From contig OY762069.1 in NCBI GenBank assembly GCA_963665095.1, positions 5,920,001 to 5,984,000 of the forward strand: DNA of 64,000 nt, written 5' to 3'. The translations under genes were made by a program, and so were the position numbers. Under the pieces are notes generated by a model. It was not told the DNA's origin and searched no databases. It saw only the letters and a program-made list of their open reading frames with translations. Positions 9,798-18,897 of this stretch are shown piece after piece (positions within the stretch are counted from its first letter, which is position 1; each line of letters begins with the position of its first letter). Source of the DNA: an uncultured Desulfobacter sp. (GTDB taxonomy: Bacteria; Desulfobacterota; Desulfobacteria; Desulfobacterales; Desulfobacteraceae).

Positions 9798-11231
9798 TTA
9801 GCTGTTAACCGCATATCTTAAGTTGGTGGCTGTTACCCAGTTGTCCGGTGCCTGCATCAGTTTGCCCGGGTTCAGAATGTTGTTGGGGTCAAGCGCCGCC
9901 TTGATAGTGGACAGCATGTTGATGGAATCCTTTTTTTCTTCCTTGAATGCCTGGGCCTTGGAAAGACCGATGCCGTGTTCCGCAGAGGTGGTGCCGTTGA
10001 CGGATCTGACAAACTCATAAATTTCAGTAATGGCTTTGCGGGCGGATTCCCACTGGTCTTTACGCCGGGTATCCATCATGATTTTGGTATGCATGCACCC
10101 GGAACCGCAATGGCCGTATGCGGTCATGATGATACCGTTCTTGTCAGCCACTTCATGGATCTTTGCGGCCATATCCGCCATTTTGGAGTAGGGCACGGCC
10201 ATGTCGTCGGCCAGGGAGGTGGAAGATAGATTGTCGTCGAACTTGGACAGGGCAGGGAAAAGTTTTTTGCGGCCCAAAAAGATCTTGGCCCGTTCCTTGG
10301 CATCATAGCTGGCCCAGATGTCTTTTCCGCCGTGTTTTTCACAGATTTCCTTCATTTTTCGGATTTCATAGTCCACAGCCTCCTTGACCTGGCCGTCCGC
10401 CTCAAAAATCAGGGAGGCCGCCACTTCCTTGAGCCCCAGATTCATGGTTTTGTTGACCGCTTTAATGGCCACAGAATCCACCAGCTCCAGCATGGAAGGA
10501 ATGGTGCCGGAGGCCATGATGGCGCCCACGGTTTCGCCGGCATCTTTAAGGCTGTCAAAGTTGGCAATGCCCATGCAACGGAATTCCGGAATGGGAACAA
10601 AGCTTAATGTGGCTTCCACCACCACGCCCAAAGTGCCTTCAGAACCCACCATGAGTTTATGCAGCTGATAACCTGACGCCTCCACACGGGTATGGGCACC
10701 CAAAGAGACCAATTCTCCGTTGGGCAGGACCACTTTCATGCCTAAGACCGCATCCCGGGTGGCGCCGTATTTGACAGATCGGACCCCCGAGGCATTGTTG
10801 CCGATCTCACCGCCAATGGTGGCAATGCGGGATGAGGCAGGGGTTGGGGGATAAAAAACACCATACTGTTTCAATGCCAGGTTCAGATCGTCATCCACCA
10901 CACCGGGCTCCACCCGGCAGTAAACATCGGGCAGGTTGATTTCAAGAATCCGGTTCATATTTTTCATATCCAGAAGAATGCCGCCCTTGACCGCCACGGT
11001 CTGGCCGCACATGCCCGAGCCTGCCCCCCGGGGGATCACCGGGATTACTGCATCGTTGGCATATGCCATAATTTTTTGAACCTGTTGTGTGTTTTCAGGT
11101 CTGACAACCACCCATGGCGCTGCATGGTGTACAGATGAGTCTGAACCGTAAACATACAGGTCCGCCGGATCTGATTTTATGTTGTCTTCCCCGACTATTT
11201 CCTTTAGTCTGGGCAAATCAACCGTATTCAT
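9798..11231 (-). CDS. FAD-linked 2-hydroxyacid dehydrogenase (GlcD / D-lactate dehydrogenase-like)
   Basis: PRGAGSG, ATIGGEIGNNASG, KYGATRD, GSEGTLG, SAEHGIG and DPNNILNPGK motifs. Confidence 0.9.
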   Translation of the reverse strand: MNTVDLPRLKEIVGEDNIKSDPADLYVYGSDSSVHHAAPWVVVRPENTQQVQKIMAYANDAVIPVIPRGAGSGMCGQTVAVKGGILLDMKNMNRILEINLPDVYCRVEPGVVDDDLNLALKQYGVFYPPTPASSRIATIGGEIGNNASGVRSVKYGATRDAVLGMKVVLPNGELVSLGAHTRVEASGYQLHKLMVGSEGTLGVVVEATLSFVPIPEFRCMGIANFDSLKDAGETVGAIMASGTIPSMLELVDSVAIKAVNKTMNLGLKEVAASLIFEADGQVKEAVDYEIRKMKEICEKHGGKDIWASYDAKERAKIFLGRKKLFPALSKFDDNLSSTSLADDMAVPYSKMADMAAKIHEVADKNGIIMTAYGHCGSGCMHTKIMMDTRRKDQWESARKAITEIYEFVRSVNGTTSAEHGIGLSKAQAFKEEKKDSINMLSTIKAALDPNNILNPGKLMQAPDNWVTATNLRYAVNS

Positions 11232-11567
11232 TTGATATCCTTTCCTGATGAAAAATTAGTTGAAATCAATGAGTTAAACGAAAAACTGTCGTTTACACAA
11301 TTTTTAATATTTTCATAACTATTTCAAAAATTCAATCCTATTCACCCGGGAATATATTATAAGTATTTACTTTTCTAAGATGCCTGGAATTCTGCCTGTT
11401 TTGTCGCGGCAAACAGGCTTTTCTGAAAACAATTTTTCCTTTCTTGGCAAACCATATTTCAGCAGTTATAATTGCCGCGGCAAGGTAGGAAAAAATGTGT
11501 AGTTCGACAAAGAATGTTCCCTAGGAAAGGGAAAGGGTCTTAAATTTTAAAACATATGAGGTATGCA

Positions 11568-13505
11568 ATGACCTATACTGTTAAATTCCTGCCCTATGAC
11601 ACTGCCGTTACGGTAGACGAGAATGAGAATCTGATCCGCGCTGCTATGGAAGCCGGCGTTCATATTAATGCCTCCTGCGGAGGCAGTGGTGTCTGCGGCA
11701 AATGCCGGGTACTCATCGAGGATGGTGAGGTGGCCGGCGGTATTTCTGAACATTTGTCCCAAGAGGACCGGGAACAAGGCTATCGCCTGGCCTGTATGGC
11801 CAAAGTTATATCTGATATCACCGTGCGCATTCCTGTGGAATCCCAGGTGGAGACAAGCCGGCTGAACCAGCAGGCCGGTGCCCGGCATACGGCAAAGGCC
11901 ATGCACATGGACATGGAAACCCTGAAAGAGAACGGGCTTTTCATTCCGCCGGTGGAAAAAATTTATCTTGAACTGGATCCGGCCTGTGAAGGCGACAACC
12001 AGGCGGACGTGGCCCGGATTATTAATGCGCTGCGCCTGAATCACGATGAGCACCGGCTTCGTCTGGATCTCAGTGTAATTCGCAAAATACCCGATGTTAT
12101 CCGGGAACAGGATTTCAAAGTTACTGTCACCATTGTTCGCCCGGTGCGGGAAGATGGTAAAAACCGGATCATTAACATTGAGCCCGGGGACACCACGGAC
12201 AGAAATTATGCCGTAGCTGTGGATATCGGCACCACCACGGTTTACGGCCAGGTGCTGGACCTTCAGACCGGAGAGGTGTTAGGCCAGCACGGGGAGTTCA
12301 ACAGCCAGATTTCCTATGGCGAAGATGTGATTTCACGTATTATTTTTACTGAAAAGGGTGACGGCCTTAAAATCCTTCATGACAAGGTGATTGACACCAT
12401 AAACACGGTTGTGTCCAAAGCCTTGAAAAAAGCCGGGATCGGCCGCCATGAAATCTCCACCATTACCCTTGCCGGCAACTCAACCATGACCCAGTTGCTG
12501 CTCAATATTAAGTCTACATATATCCGCAAAGATCCCTATGTGCCGGCGGCCATTTTTTATCCGCCATTTCTTGCCAAAGAGATTAACCTAGATCTTGCCG
12601 AGCACACCATTGCCCTGATTTTTCCAGGGGTCTCCTCCTATGTGGGGGGGGATATTATTGCCGGGGTTATGGCTACAGGCATGTACCGGTCACCTGAACT
12701 GACCCTTTACATGGATATCGGTACCAATGCAGAGATCGTCATCGGCCATCAGGACTGGATGGTCTGTACGGCGGCATCGGCCGGGCCAGCCTTTGAGGGC
12801 GGCGGGGTGAAATTCGGCATGCGGGCCACCAAAGGGGCGATTGAGGATTTTTCCATTGATCCTGTGACCTATGAACCCATGAACATCACCGTGGGCAATG
12901 CCAAGGCAAAGGGAATCTGTGGCTCCGGCCTGATTACCATTGCCGCAAAACTTCTTGAAACAGGCGTCATAGACTCCAGGGGAAAGTTCAACCAGAACCT
13001 TGATACGCCCAGGATTCGCCAGACCGATGATATCTGGGAATACATCCTGGTGGACAAAGAAAATACAGAGATTGGTCGGGATATCACCATTACCGAGCCT
13101 GATCTTGATAACCTGATCCGGGCCAAGGGGGCCATGTACTCGGCTGCCCAGACGCTGCTGGAGGAGATCGGCCTGACCATCCATGATATTGAACGTATTA
13201 TCCTGGCCGGCGGATTCGGCTCCTATGTGGATCTTCACAGTGCCATCACCATTGGCCTGCTGCCTGAGATCGATCCGGAAAAGGTGACCTATCTTGGCAA
13301 CGGGTCTCTTTTGGGTTGCAAGATCAATTGCCTGACCAACTCCCTGCGCCGTAACGTGGGGGAGGTGGTCAATATGATGACTAATTTCGAACTGGCGGCA
13401 ACGCCGTCCTATATGGACCATTACATGGGGGCGCTGTTTCTGCCCCATACGGAACTCAATAATTTTCCCAAAGTCAAAGCACGCCTGGAGGCTCTTCATA
13501 AATGA
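11568..13505 (+). CDS. RACo/AcsV-type ATP-dependent reductive activator of corrinoid proteins ([2Fe-2S] + ASKHA)
   Basis: N-terminal CGGSGVCGKC...LAC; DIGTTT, YGEDVISRI, DIGTNAE, AGPAFEG, GICGSG and AGGFG motifs. Confidence 0.92.
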   Translation: MTYTVKFLPYDTAVTVDENENLIRAAMEAGVHINASCGGSGVCGKCRVLIEDGEVAGGISEHLSQEDREQGYRLACMAKVISDITVRIPVESQVETSRLNQQAGARHTAKAMHMDMETLKENGLFIPPVEKIYLELDPACEGDNQADVARIINALRLNHDEHRLRLDLSVIRKIPDVIREQDFKVTVTIVRPVREDGKNRIINIEPGDTTDRNYAVAVDIGTTTVYGQVLDLQTGEVLGQHGEFNSQISYGEDVISRIIFTEKGDGLKILHDKVIDTINTVVSKALKKAGIGRHEISTITLAGNSTMTQLLLNIKSTYIRKDPYVPAAIFYPPFLAKEINLDLAEHTIALIFPGVSSYVGGDIIAGVMATGMYRSPELTLYMDIGTNAEIVIGHQDWMVCTAASAGPAFEGGGVKFGMRATKGAIEDFSIDPVTYEPMNITVGNAKAKGICGSGLITIAAKLLETGVIDSRGKFNQNLDTPRIRQTDDIWEYILVDKENTEIGRDITITEPDLDNLIRAKGAMYSAAQTLLEEIGLTIHDIERIILAGGFGSYVDLHSAITIGLLPEIDPEKVTYLGNGSLLGCKINCLTNSLRRNVGEVVNMMTNFELAATPSYMDHYMGALFLPHTELNNFPKVKARLEALHK

Positions 13506-15061
13506 CCCGGAAATTGTGCGCCAACGGATATGTCAGACAGGTCGTCCTGGAAAAACCAGTGCTGGGCAACAATCTGGCTGATGTACAGCGCCTGGAACTG
13601 GCACTGAAACACCAGTTGAAAACCTCTGCCGTTCATGTTCCTTTTCGTCTGCTTAAGGATCTGCCCTCTAAGCTGCGGACATGGGATTTTAAGGCAAAGG
13701 TGGTGCTGTTCAAGGACCGCCGTTCCTGGCGAGTTGTGGATATTTTAGCCCCGGATTATGATAGACAGATATTAGGCGCTGCCATTGATATTGGCACCAC
13801 CCGCATCGCCATTCGGCTGCTTGATATGGAAACCGGTGAGGCCTTAGGTGACTGCGGGCTGGATAATCCCCAGAAATCCGTTGGCCCGGATGTGCTCACC
13901 CGCATCCACCATTCCCATACTCCGGGCGGGCTTGCAACACTTCAGAATCTGGTGGTTCAGGGGGTAAATCAGCATCTGGATCTGCTGTGCTCCAGGGCTG
14001 GATGTGTCACGGAGGATCTGTTTCTTCTGGCTGGTGCCGGGAATACGGCCATGACCCATCTGTTTTTAGGGGTGCAGGCCTTTGATATTATAAAAGAGCC
14101 CTATATCCCCTGTGTGAATATCCCTGACACCATGGACGCATCAGATGTGGGGCTAAATATCCATGACGGCGGACAGCTGTTTCTTTTCCCCAATATCGGC
14201 TCCTATTTCGGGGGAGATCTTCTGGCCGGTATCATTTTCAGTGACCTGGATAAAAAAGAGCTGCCCAGCCTGATGGTGGATGTGGGTACCAATGCGGAAA
14301 TTGTAGTCGGTTCCAAAGACTGGCTCATTGCCTGCGCAGGGGCTGCCGGTCCCGCGCTTGAGGGCGGGGTGTCTAAAATGGGAATGACGGCCGGGCCCGG
14401 GGTGATTGATACGGTGACCATTGATCCCAAAACCCGCGTCGTGTCTGTGCATACCATTGAAGACCAGCCGCCGGTGGGGATCTGCGGGTCCGGCATGATT
14501 GACCTGGCTGCAGCCCTGTTTCTGAGCGGCATGATTGATATCCGGGGCAAGTTCGTACCAGAAATCTGCGGCAGCCGGCTGATTGAGCAGGATGACATTC
14601 CCAGCTTTGTGCTGGTGGCGGCAGAAAATTCAGGTACTGGCGAACCCATCTGTCTGACCCAGGTGGACCTGAATTCCCTGACCTCCTCCAAGGCCGCCAT
14701 GTACACCATCCTCGAGGTGATTGTAAAAAACACCTCGGGCCTGGAGTTTGAGGACTTGAACAAGTTCTATGTGGCCGGGACCTTTGGTTCTTTTATCAAC
14801 CCTGAGTCTGCCATTTCCATTGGCATGCTGCCGGATCTGGACCGGTCTGTTTTTGAGGTCTTGGGTAACAGCTCTTTGGGGGGCAGCGCGCTGATGCTTA
14901 CAGATGTGGAGGCATTTGACAGGGTCATGGGCATCCGAGAAGGCATCACCTATATCGAGCTGAATGTAAATCAGGAGTTTATGAATATGTTTTCAGGCGC
15001 CAAGTTTTATCCGCATACAGACCGGTCCCGGTTTCCTTCTGTGCCTGACATTCCTGCCTGA
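13502..15061 (+). CDS. Second RACo-like ASKHA ATPase lacking the N-terminal [2Fe-2S] domain
   Basis: DIGTT, GPDVLTRI, DVGTNAE, AGPALEG, GICGSG and AGTFG motifs; ATGA overlap with the upstream gene. Confidence 0.88.
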   Translation: MTRKLCANGYVRQVVLEKPVLGNNLADVQRLELALKHQLKTSAVHVPFRLLKDLPSKLRTWDFKAKVVLFKDRRSWRVVDILAPDYDRQILGAAIDIGTTRIAIRLLDMETGEALGDCGLDNPQKSVGPDVLTRIHHSHTPGGLATLQNLVVQGVNQHLDLLCSRAGCVTEDLFLLAGAGNTAMTHLFLGVQAFDIIKEPYIPCVNIPDTMDASDVGLNIHDGGQLFLFPNIGSYFGGDLLAGIIFSDLDKKELPSLMVDVGTNAEIVVGSKDWLIACAGAAGPALEGGVSKMGMTAGPGVIDTVTIDPKTRVVSVHTIEDQPPVGICGSGMIDLAAALFLSGMIDIRGKFVPEICGSRLIEQDDIPSFVLVAAENSGTGEPICLTQVDLNSLTSSKAAMYTILEVIVKNTSGLEFEDLNKFYVAGTFGSFINPESAISIGMLPDLDRSVFEVLGNSSLGGSALMLTDVEAFDRVMGIREGITYIELNVNQEFMNMFSGAKFYPHTDRSRFPSVPDIPA

Positions 15062-15270
15062 CTTAACGGTTTAAATAAAAGGCAATGCCGCTATGCAGTC
15101 TGAATGCGGCTTCGTTTAATGCATCTGTCCGGCCCGGAGAAATCTGGGCCGTTTTTATTGCAAGACCTTTATGTTTCAGGAGATTTGCATGTATATACAA
15201 GTTTCCGGTTTTATGGTAATGAGAGATTAAAAAAGGAAGCGTCTTACCCATATAAAACAAAGAGGTTATT

Positions 15271-16893
15271 ATGAATAAAATCGTTGAATGTGTCCCGAAT
15301 TTTTCAGAAGGAAGGGATAAGGAGGCCATTGAAGCCATTGCCCTGGCCATTTCCAAAACAGCCGGATGCACGCTTCTGGATGTGGACCCCGGAAAGTCCA
15401 CCAACAGGACCGTATATACCTTTGTGGGCTCGCCGGATGCTGTTGTGGCAGGCGCCCTGGCAGCTGCAAAGGTGGCCCGGGAAAAGATAGATATGCGCAG
15501 GCATCATGGAGAACACCACCGCATGGGGGCCATGGATGTGTGCCCGTTTATTCCGGTATCCAATGTCACCATGGCAGAGTGTGTGGAAGTTTCAAAAAAA
15601 TTCGGCAGCCTTATGGCCCAGGAGCTTGGGGTGCCGGTCTATCTCTATGAGGAGTCTGCCACGCTTGAGTATCGCAAAAAGCTGCCCCAGATTCGGGAAG
15701 GGCAGTATGAGGCAATCCCGGAACGTATTGTCCAGGAGAAATGGAAGCCCGATTTCGGGCCGGCAAAATTTATCCCGGAGTGGGGGGCCACGGTCACAGG
15801 AGCCCGGTTTTTCCTCATCGCATATAATGTCAATCTTCTAAGCACCCCCAATCAAGCCCACCGCATTGCCCTGAATCTGCGGGAAGCAGGCCGCAGTGCG
15901 GACCAGCCCGGCCGGTTTAAAGAGGTCAAGGGCATGGGCTGGTATGTGGATGACTATAATCTGGCCCAGGTGACGGTTAACCTGAACAACTATCTTGTGA
16001 CCCCGCCTCATATCCTGTACGAGGCAGTTAAAGAGGAAGCAGCTGCGCTGAAAGTGGCGGTGACCGGCTCCGAGATTGTGGGTGTGGTACCCCTCCAGGC
16101 GATTCTTATGGCTGCCGAATACTATATTGAAAAAGAGGGCCTGTTCATTCTGGATGAGGATCAAAAGGTGAGGCTGGCAGTGGAGCGGCTGGGATTGAAC
16201 TCTGTAGCACCCTTTGATCCTAAGGCCAAAATCATTGAATACATTATTGCCCGGGAGCCGGATGAACCTTTGGCAGGTATGAGTCTGCGCAAGTTTATTG
16301 AGGAGGTGACCAGCCGGAGTTCCGCTCCTGGCGGTGGCTCTGTATCGGCGGCCATCGCTGCCCTGGGCGCAGGCCTTGGCTCCATGGTGGGGAAACTGAC
16401 CCTGGGGGTCAGAAAATTTGAAGCCCTGGACGACAAGATGCGTGAACTGATACCGCCGCTGCATGAGGCGGCATGTGCCTTGATTCCCATGGTTGACGCG
16501 GACACCAATGCGTTTTCTGATTATGTGGCGGCGCTGGGCCTGCCGAAGAAAACAGAAGAAGAAAAGGCCTTCAGGGAAGAACAGCTCCAGGCAGGCCTTA
16601 AAAAGGCCATTGAGGTGCCCCTTTCAACTATGATGTTGGGGGATAGGGCCTGGGACGCCATGCTCGGGGTGGCTCAACATGGGAATATTGCCTCTCGGTC
16701 GGATGTAGAAGTGGGCGCTCGCGCTCTGGAAGTGGGCATCTGGGGTGCTTATAAAAATGTTGCCATTAATATGGCCGGCGTCAGAGATGCAGAATATAAG
16801 GAAAATATTCTGGCTAAGGCATTGGCGATTAAGAACAGGGCAGCAGTGAATTGCCAAAGAGTTCTGGATCTCCTTGAGAAAAGGTCCTCCTGA
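15271..16893 (+). CDS. ftcd: Fused glutamate formiminotransferase-cyclodeaminase
   Basis: ECVPNFSEGRD, HHRMGAMDVCPF and LIAYNVNL (FT domain); SSAPGGGSVSA and SDVEVG (cyclodeaminase domain). Confidence 0.92.
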   Translation: MNKIVECVPNFSEGRDKEAIEAIALAISKTAGCTLLDVDPGKSTNRTVYTFVGSPDAVVAGALAAAKVAREKIDMRRHHGEHHRMGAMDVCPFIPVSNVTMAECVEVSKKFGSLMAQELGVPVYLYEESATLEYRKKLPQIREGQYEAIPERIVQEKWKPDFGPAKFIPEWGATVTGARFFLIAYNVNLLSTPNQAHRIALNLREAGRSADQPGRFKEVKGMGWYVDDYNLAQVTVNLNNYLVTPPHILYEAVKEEAAALKVAVTGSEIVGVVPLQAILMAAEYYIEKEGLFILDEDQKVRLAVERLGLNSVAPFDPKAKIIEYIIAREPDEPLAGMSLRKFIEEVTSRSSAPGGGSVSAAIAALGAGLGSMVGKLTLGVRKFEALDDKMRELIPPLHEAACALIPMVDADTNAFSDYVAALGLPKKTEEEKAFREEQLQAGLKKAIEVPLSTMMLGDRAWDAMLGVAQHGNIASRSDVEVGARALEVGIWGAYKNVAINMAGVRDAEYKENILAKALAIKNRAAVNCQRVLDLLEKRSS

Positions 16894-16926
16894 TTACTGA
16901 AACTGCCGGATGCCGGTTAAGCGCAT

Positions 16927-17484
16927 TCAGTTTTGTTTGGCCGGCATCAGCATATCATCATTGATTCTGAAGAATCCCTTGAAGTGTTCCAGCCAGTAAG
17001 CCTTGTAGACAATATTTTCGCTGTGAAATGCCGTGACCTGTCCCCGTTTTTTTGATGCATAGATAAAATGCATCCGCCCGGTTGGATCGACCTGATATAC
17101 CATGGCAGCAAGGTTATTGTTTAGCACGATCAGGTCTCCGTTTTGAACATCAGCGGCATGAACTTCACGTGTGTTTTCCAGCAGGTATCGCATGGGAAGA
17201 AAGGTCTTGTAGATCAGGCCTGCCTTGCGGGCCGCCCCGGAATAAATGGAGTAAAACAGCCAGGAGTTGTCAATATTTCCTGTTTGCTCTGGTCGGCCCC
17301 CGAATTTAACGGGCATGCTGATGAACGGCTCGGCAGTGGACGGGATATATTGACAAAAAAGAACATTGGGCGAACTGGCCACAGGGCCCTGGGGCTTTTC
17401 GCTTTCTGACAGGACTGAATGGCTGGCAAAGGCAGGTATAGCCATGGCCAGAATCAGTATTATGTAAAGTGTTGATCGTTTCAT
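16927..17484 (-). CDS. Exported NlpC/P60-like protein with substituted catalytic residues
   Basis: Signal peptide MKRSTLYIILILAMAIPAFA; PVKFGG...IDNSWL, QNGDLIV, FIYASKKRG and YW..HFKGFFRI align by eye with NlpC/P60. Confidence 0.6.
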   Translation of the reverse strand: MKRSTLYIILILAMAIPAFASHSVLSESEKPQGPVASSPNVLFCQYIPSTAEPFISMPVKFGGRPEQTGNIDNSWLFYSIYSGAARKAGLIYKTFLPMRYLLENTREVHAADVQNGDLIVLNNNLAAMVYQVDPTGRMHFIYASKKRGQVTAFHSENIVYKAYWLEHFKGFFRINDDMLMPAKQN

Positions 17485-17809
17485 CTCATCTTTCCCCATC
17501 AGGGGGATAAAATAATAACAACAAGAAAGATAACCAGAAACAGCACGGAATTACGCCGCCATCTGTTTACCTTGGGCATGTGCAATAACAGTCTTGTTGT
17601 TTTTAATGCATCAATTTGAGGTACTGCAACAATGTCAGGTAAAACAACACTAAACTGTTTTAAAACCGTTCGTCAAGGAAAGAAAGTACCCGACGCATGA
17701 ACCCATTGAACGCTAATATTTCGTTGCGGGCCGCACGGCTTGACACAGGCCTGCTTCCCGGGTATTTAGAGTGGTCATTAATCCAATGAAAAAATGCAAA
17801 GGCCTGAAT

Positions 17810-18823
17810 ATGGCATATAAAATAGCTGTAAACGGATATGGAAGGATTGGACGGTGTGTGGTGCGTGCTCTTTATGAGTCCGGGCGTTTTAAGAAAAAAT
17901 TGCATCTTGTTGCTGTGAATGAAACATCCCATCCGGACACCGTTTTCCATCTAACCCGGTTTGATTCCATCCATGGCAGGTTCCCCGGGAGCGTGGAAAA
18001 AGACAATACAGGCATGGTGATTGACGGTGATAGGATTTGTCTGCTCCAGGAAAAAAATATTGAGGACCTGCCCTGGAAAAATTTAAACGTTGACGTGGTG
18101 CTTGACTGTACTGGTGTTTTTAATGACCGGCAGGCGGCGCAGCGACACATACACGCAGGTGCCTCAAAGGTTATCTATTCTCACCCGGCCAAAGATGAGA
18201 TGGATGCCACCATTATATACGGCGTAAACCATCACCTCCTTAAGTCAGGCCATGCGGTTATTTCAAATGCTTCATGCACCTCTAACTGCCTGATCCCCAT
18301 CCTTACTGTCATTGATGCGCATCTTGGCATTGACAGCGGGTCTATAACCACGATCCATTCTGCTATGAACGATCAGCCCGTGATTGATGCCTATAACTCC
18401 GACTTAAGAAAAACCCGGTCTGCCCTTCAATCCATCATTCCTGTGAGTACCTCGCTTGCAAAAGGAATCGGTAGAATTCTTCCCCATCTGGATAACCGGT
18501 TTGAGACCCTGGCCATCCGGGTACCCACCACCAATGTCTCTATTATGGACATTTCTCTGGTAGTGAATGCCGACACAGATGCCAGTCAGGTCAATGATCT
18601 GTTAAGCCGTTCTGCTGAAGCTGATTTAAAAGGAATTTTAGGCGTCAGTGACGAGCAACTGGTATCCTGTGATTTTAACCACGATGCCAGATCTGCCATT
18701 GTGGATCTGCCCCAGACCCGTGTGTCGGGTTCAAGACTTGTGAAAATTCAGGCCTGGTTTGACAATGAATGGGGATATTCCAACCGGATGCTCGATACCA
18801 CCATCGCCGCCCTGGATAGTTAA
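17810..18823 (+). CDS. epd: Erythrose-4-phosphate dehydrogenase (GAPDH family)
   Basis: NGYGRIGR and SNASCTSNC; TTIHSAMNDQPVID and WFDNEWG are Epd-type signatures. Confidence 0.8.
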   Translation: MAYKIAVNGYGRIGRCVVRALYESGRFKKKLHLVAVNETSHPDTVFHLTRFDSIHGRFPGSVEKDNTGMVIDGDRICLLQEKNIEDLPWKNLNVDVVLDCTGVFNDRQAAQRHIHAGASKVIYSHPAKDEMDATIIYGVNHHLLKSGHAVISNASCTSNCLIPILTVIDAHLGIDSGSITTIHSAMNDQPVIDAYNSDLRKTRSALQSIIPVSTSLAKGIGRILPHLDNRFETLAIRVPTTNVSIMDISLVVNADTDASQVNDLLSRSAEADLKGILGVSDEQLVSCDFNHDARSAIVDLPQTRVSGSRLVKIQAWFDNEWGYSNRMLDTTIAALDS

Positions 18824-18826
18824 ATG

Positions 18827-18896
18827 AAAATAATTGGGGTCAGAGTAAAATTAAATTGACGCGTCAATTTAATTTTACTCTGACCCCAATTATTTT
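18827..18896. repeat. 70-bp perfect palindrome (REP/REPIN-like), probably also a bidirectional terminator
   Basis: AAAATAATTGGGGTCAGAGTAAAATTAAATTGACG followed directly by its exact reverse complement, between convergent epd and cooC. Confidence 0.85.
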
Positions 18897-18897
18897 T

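Noticed and set aside
11232..11567. Cobalamin riboswitch upstream of RACo
   Set aside because: No B12-box or other consensus seen; only a short hairpin near 11395-11418.
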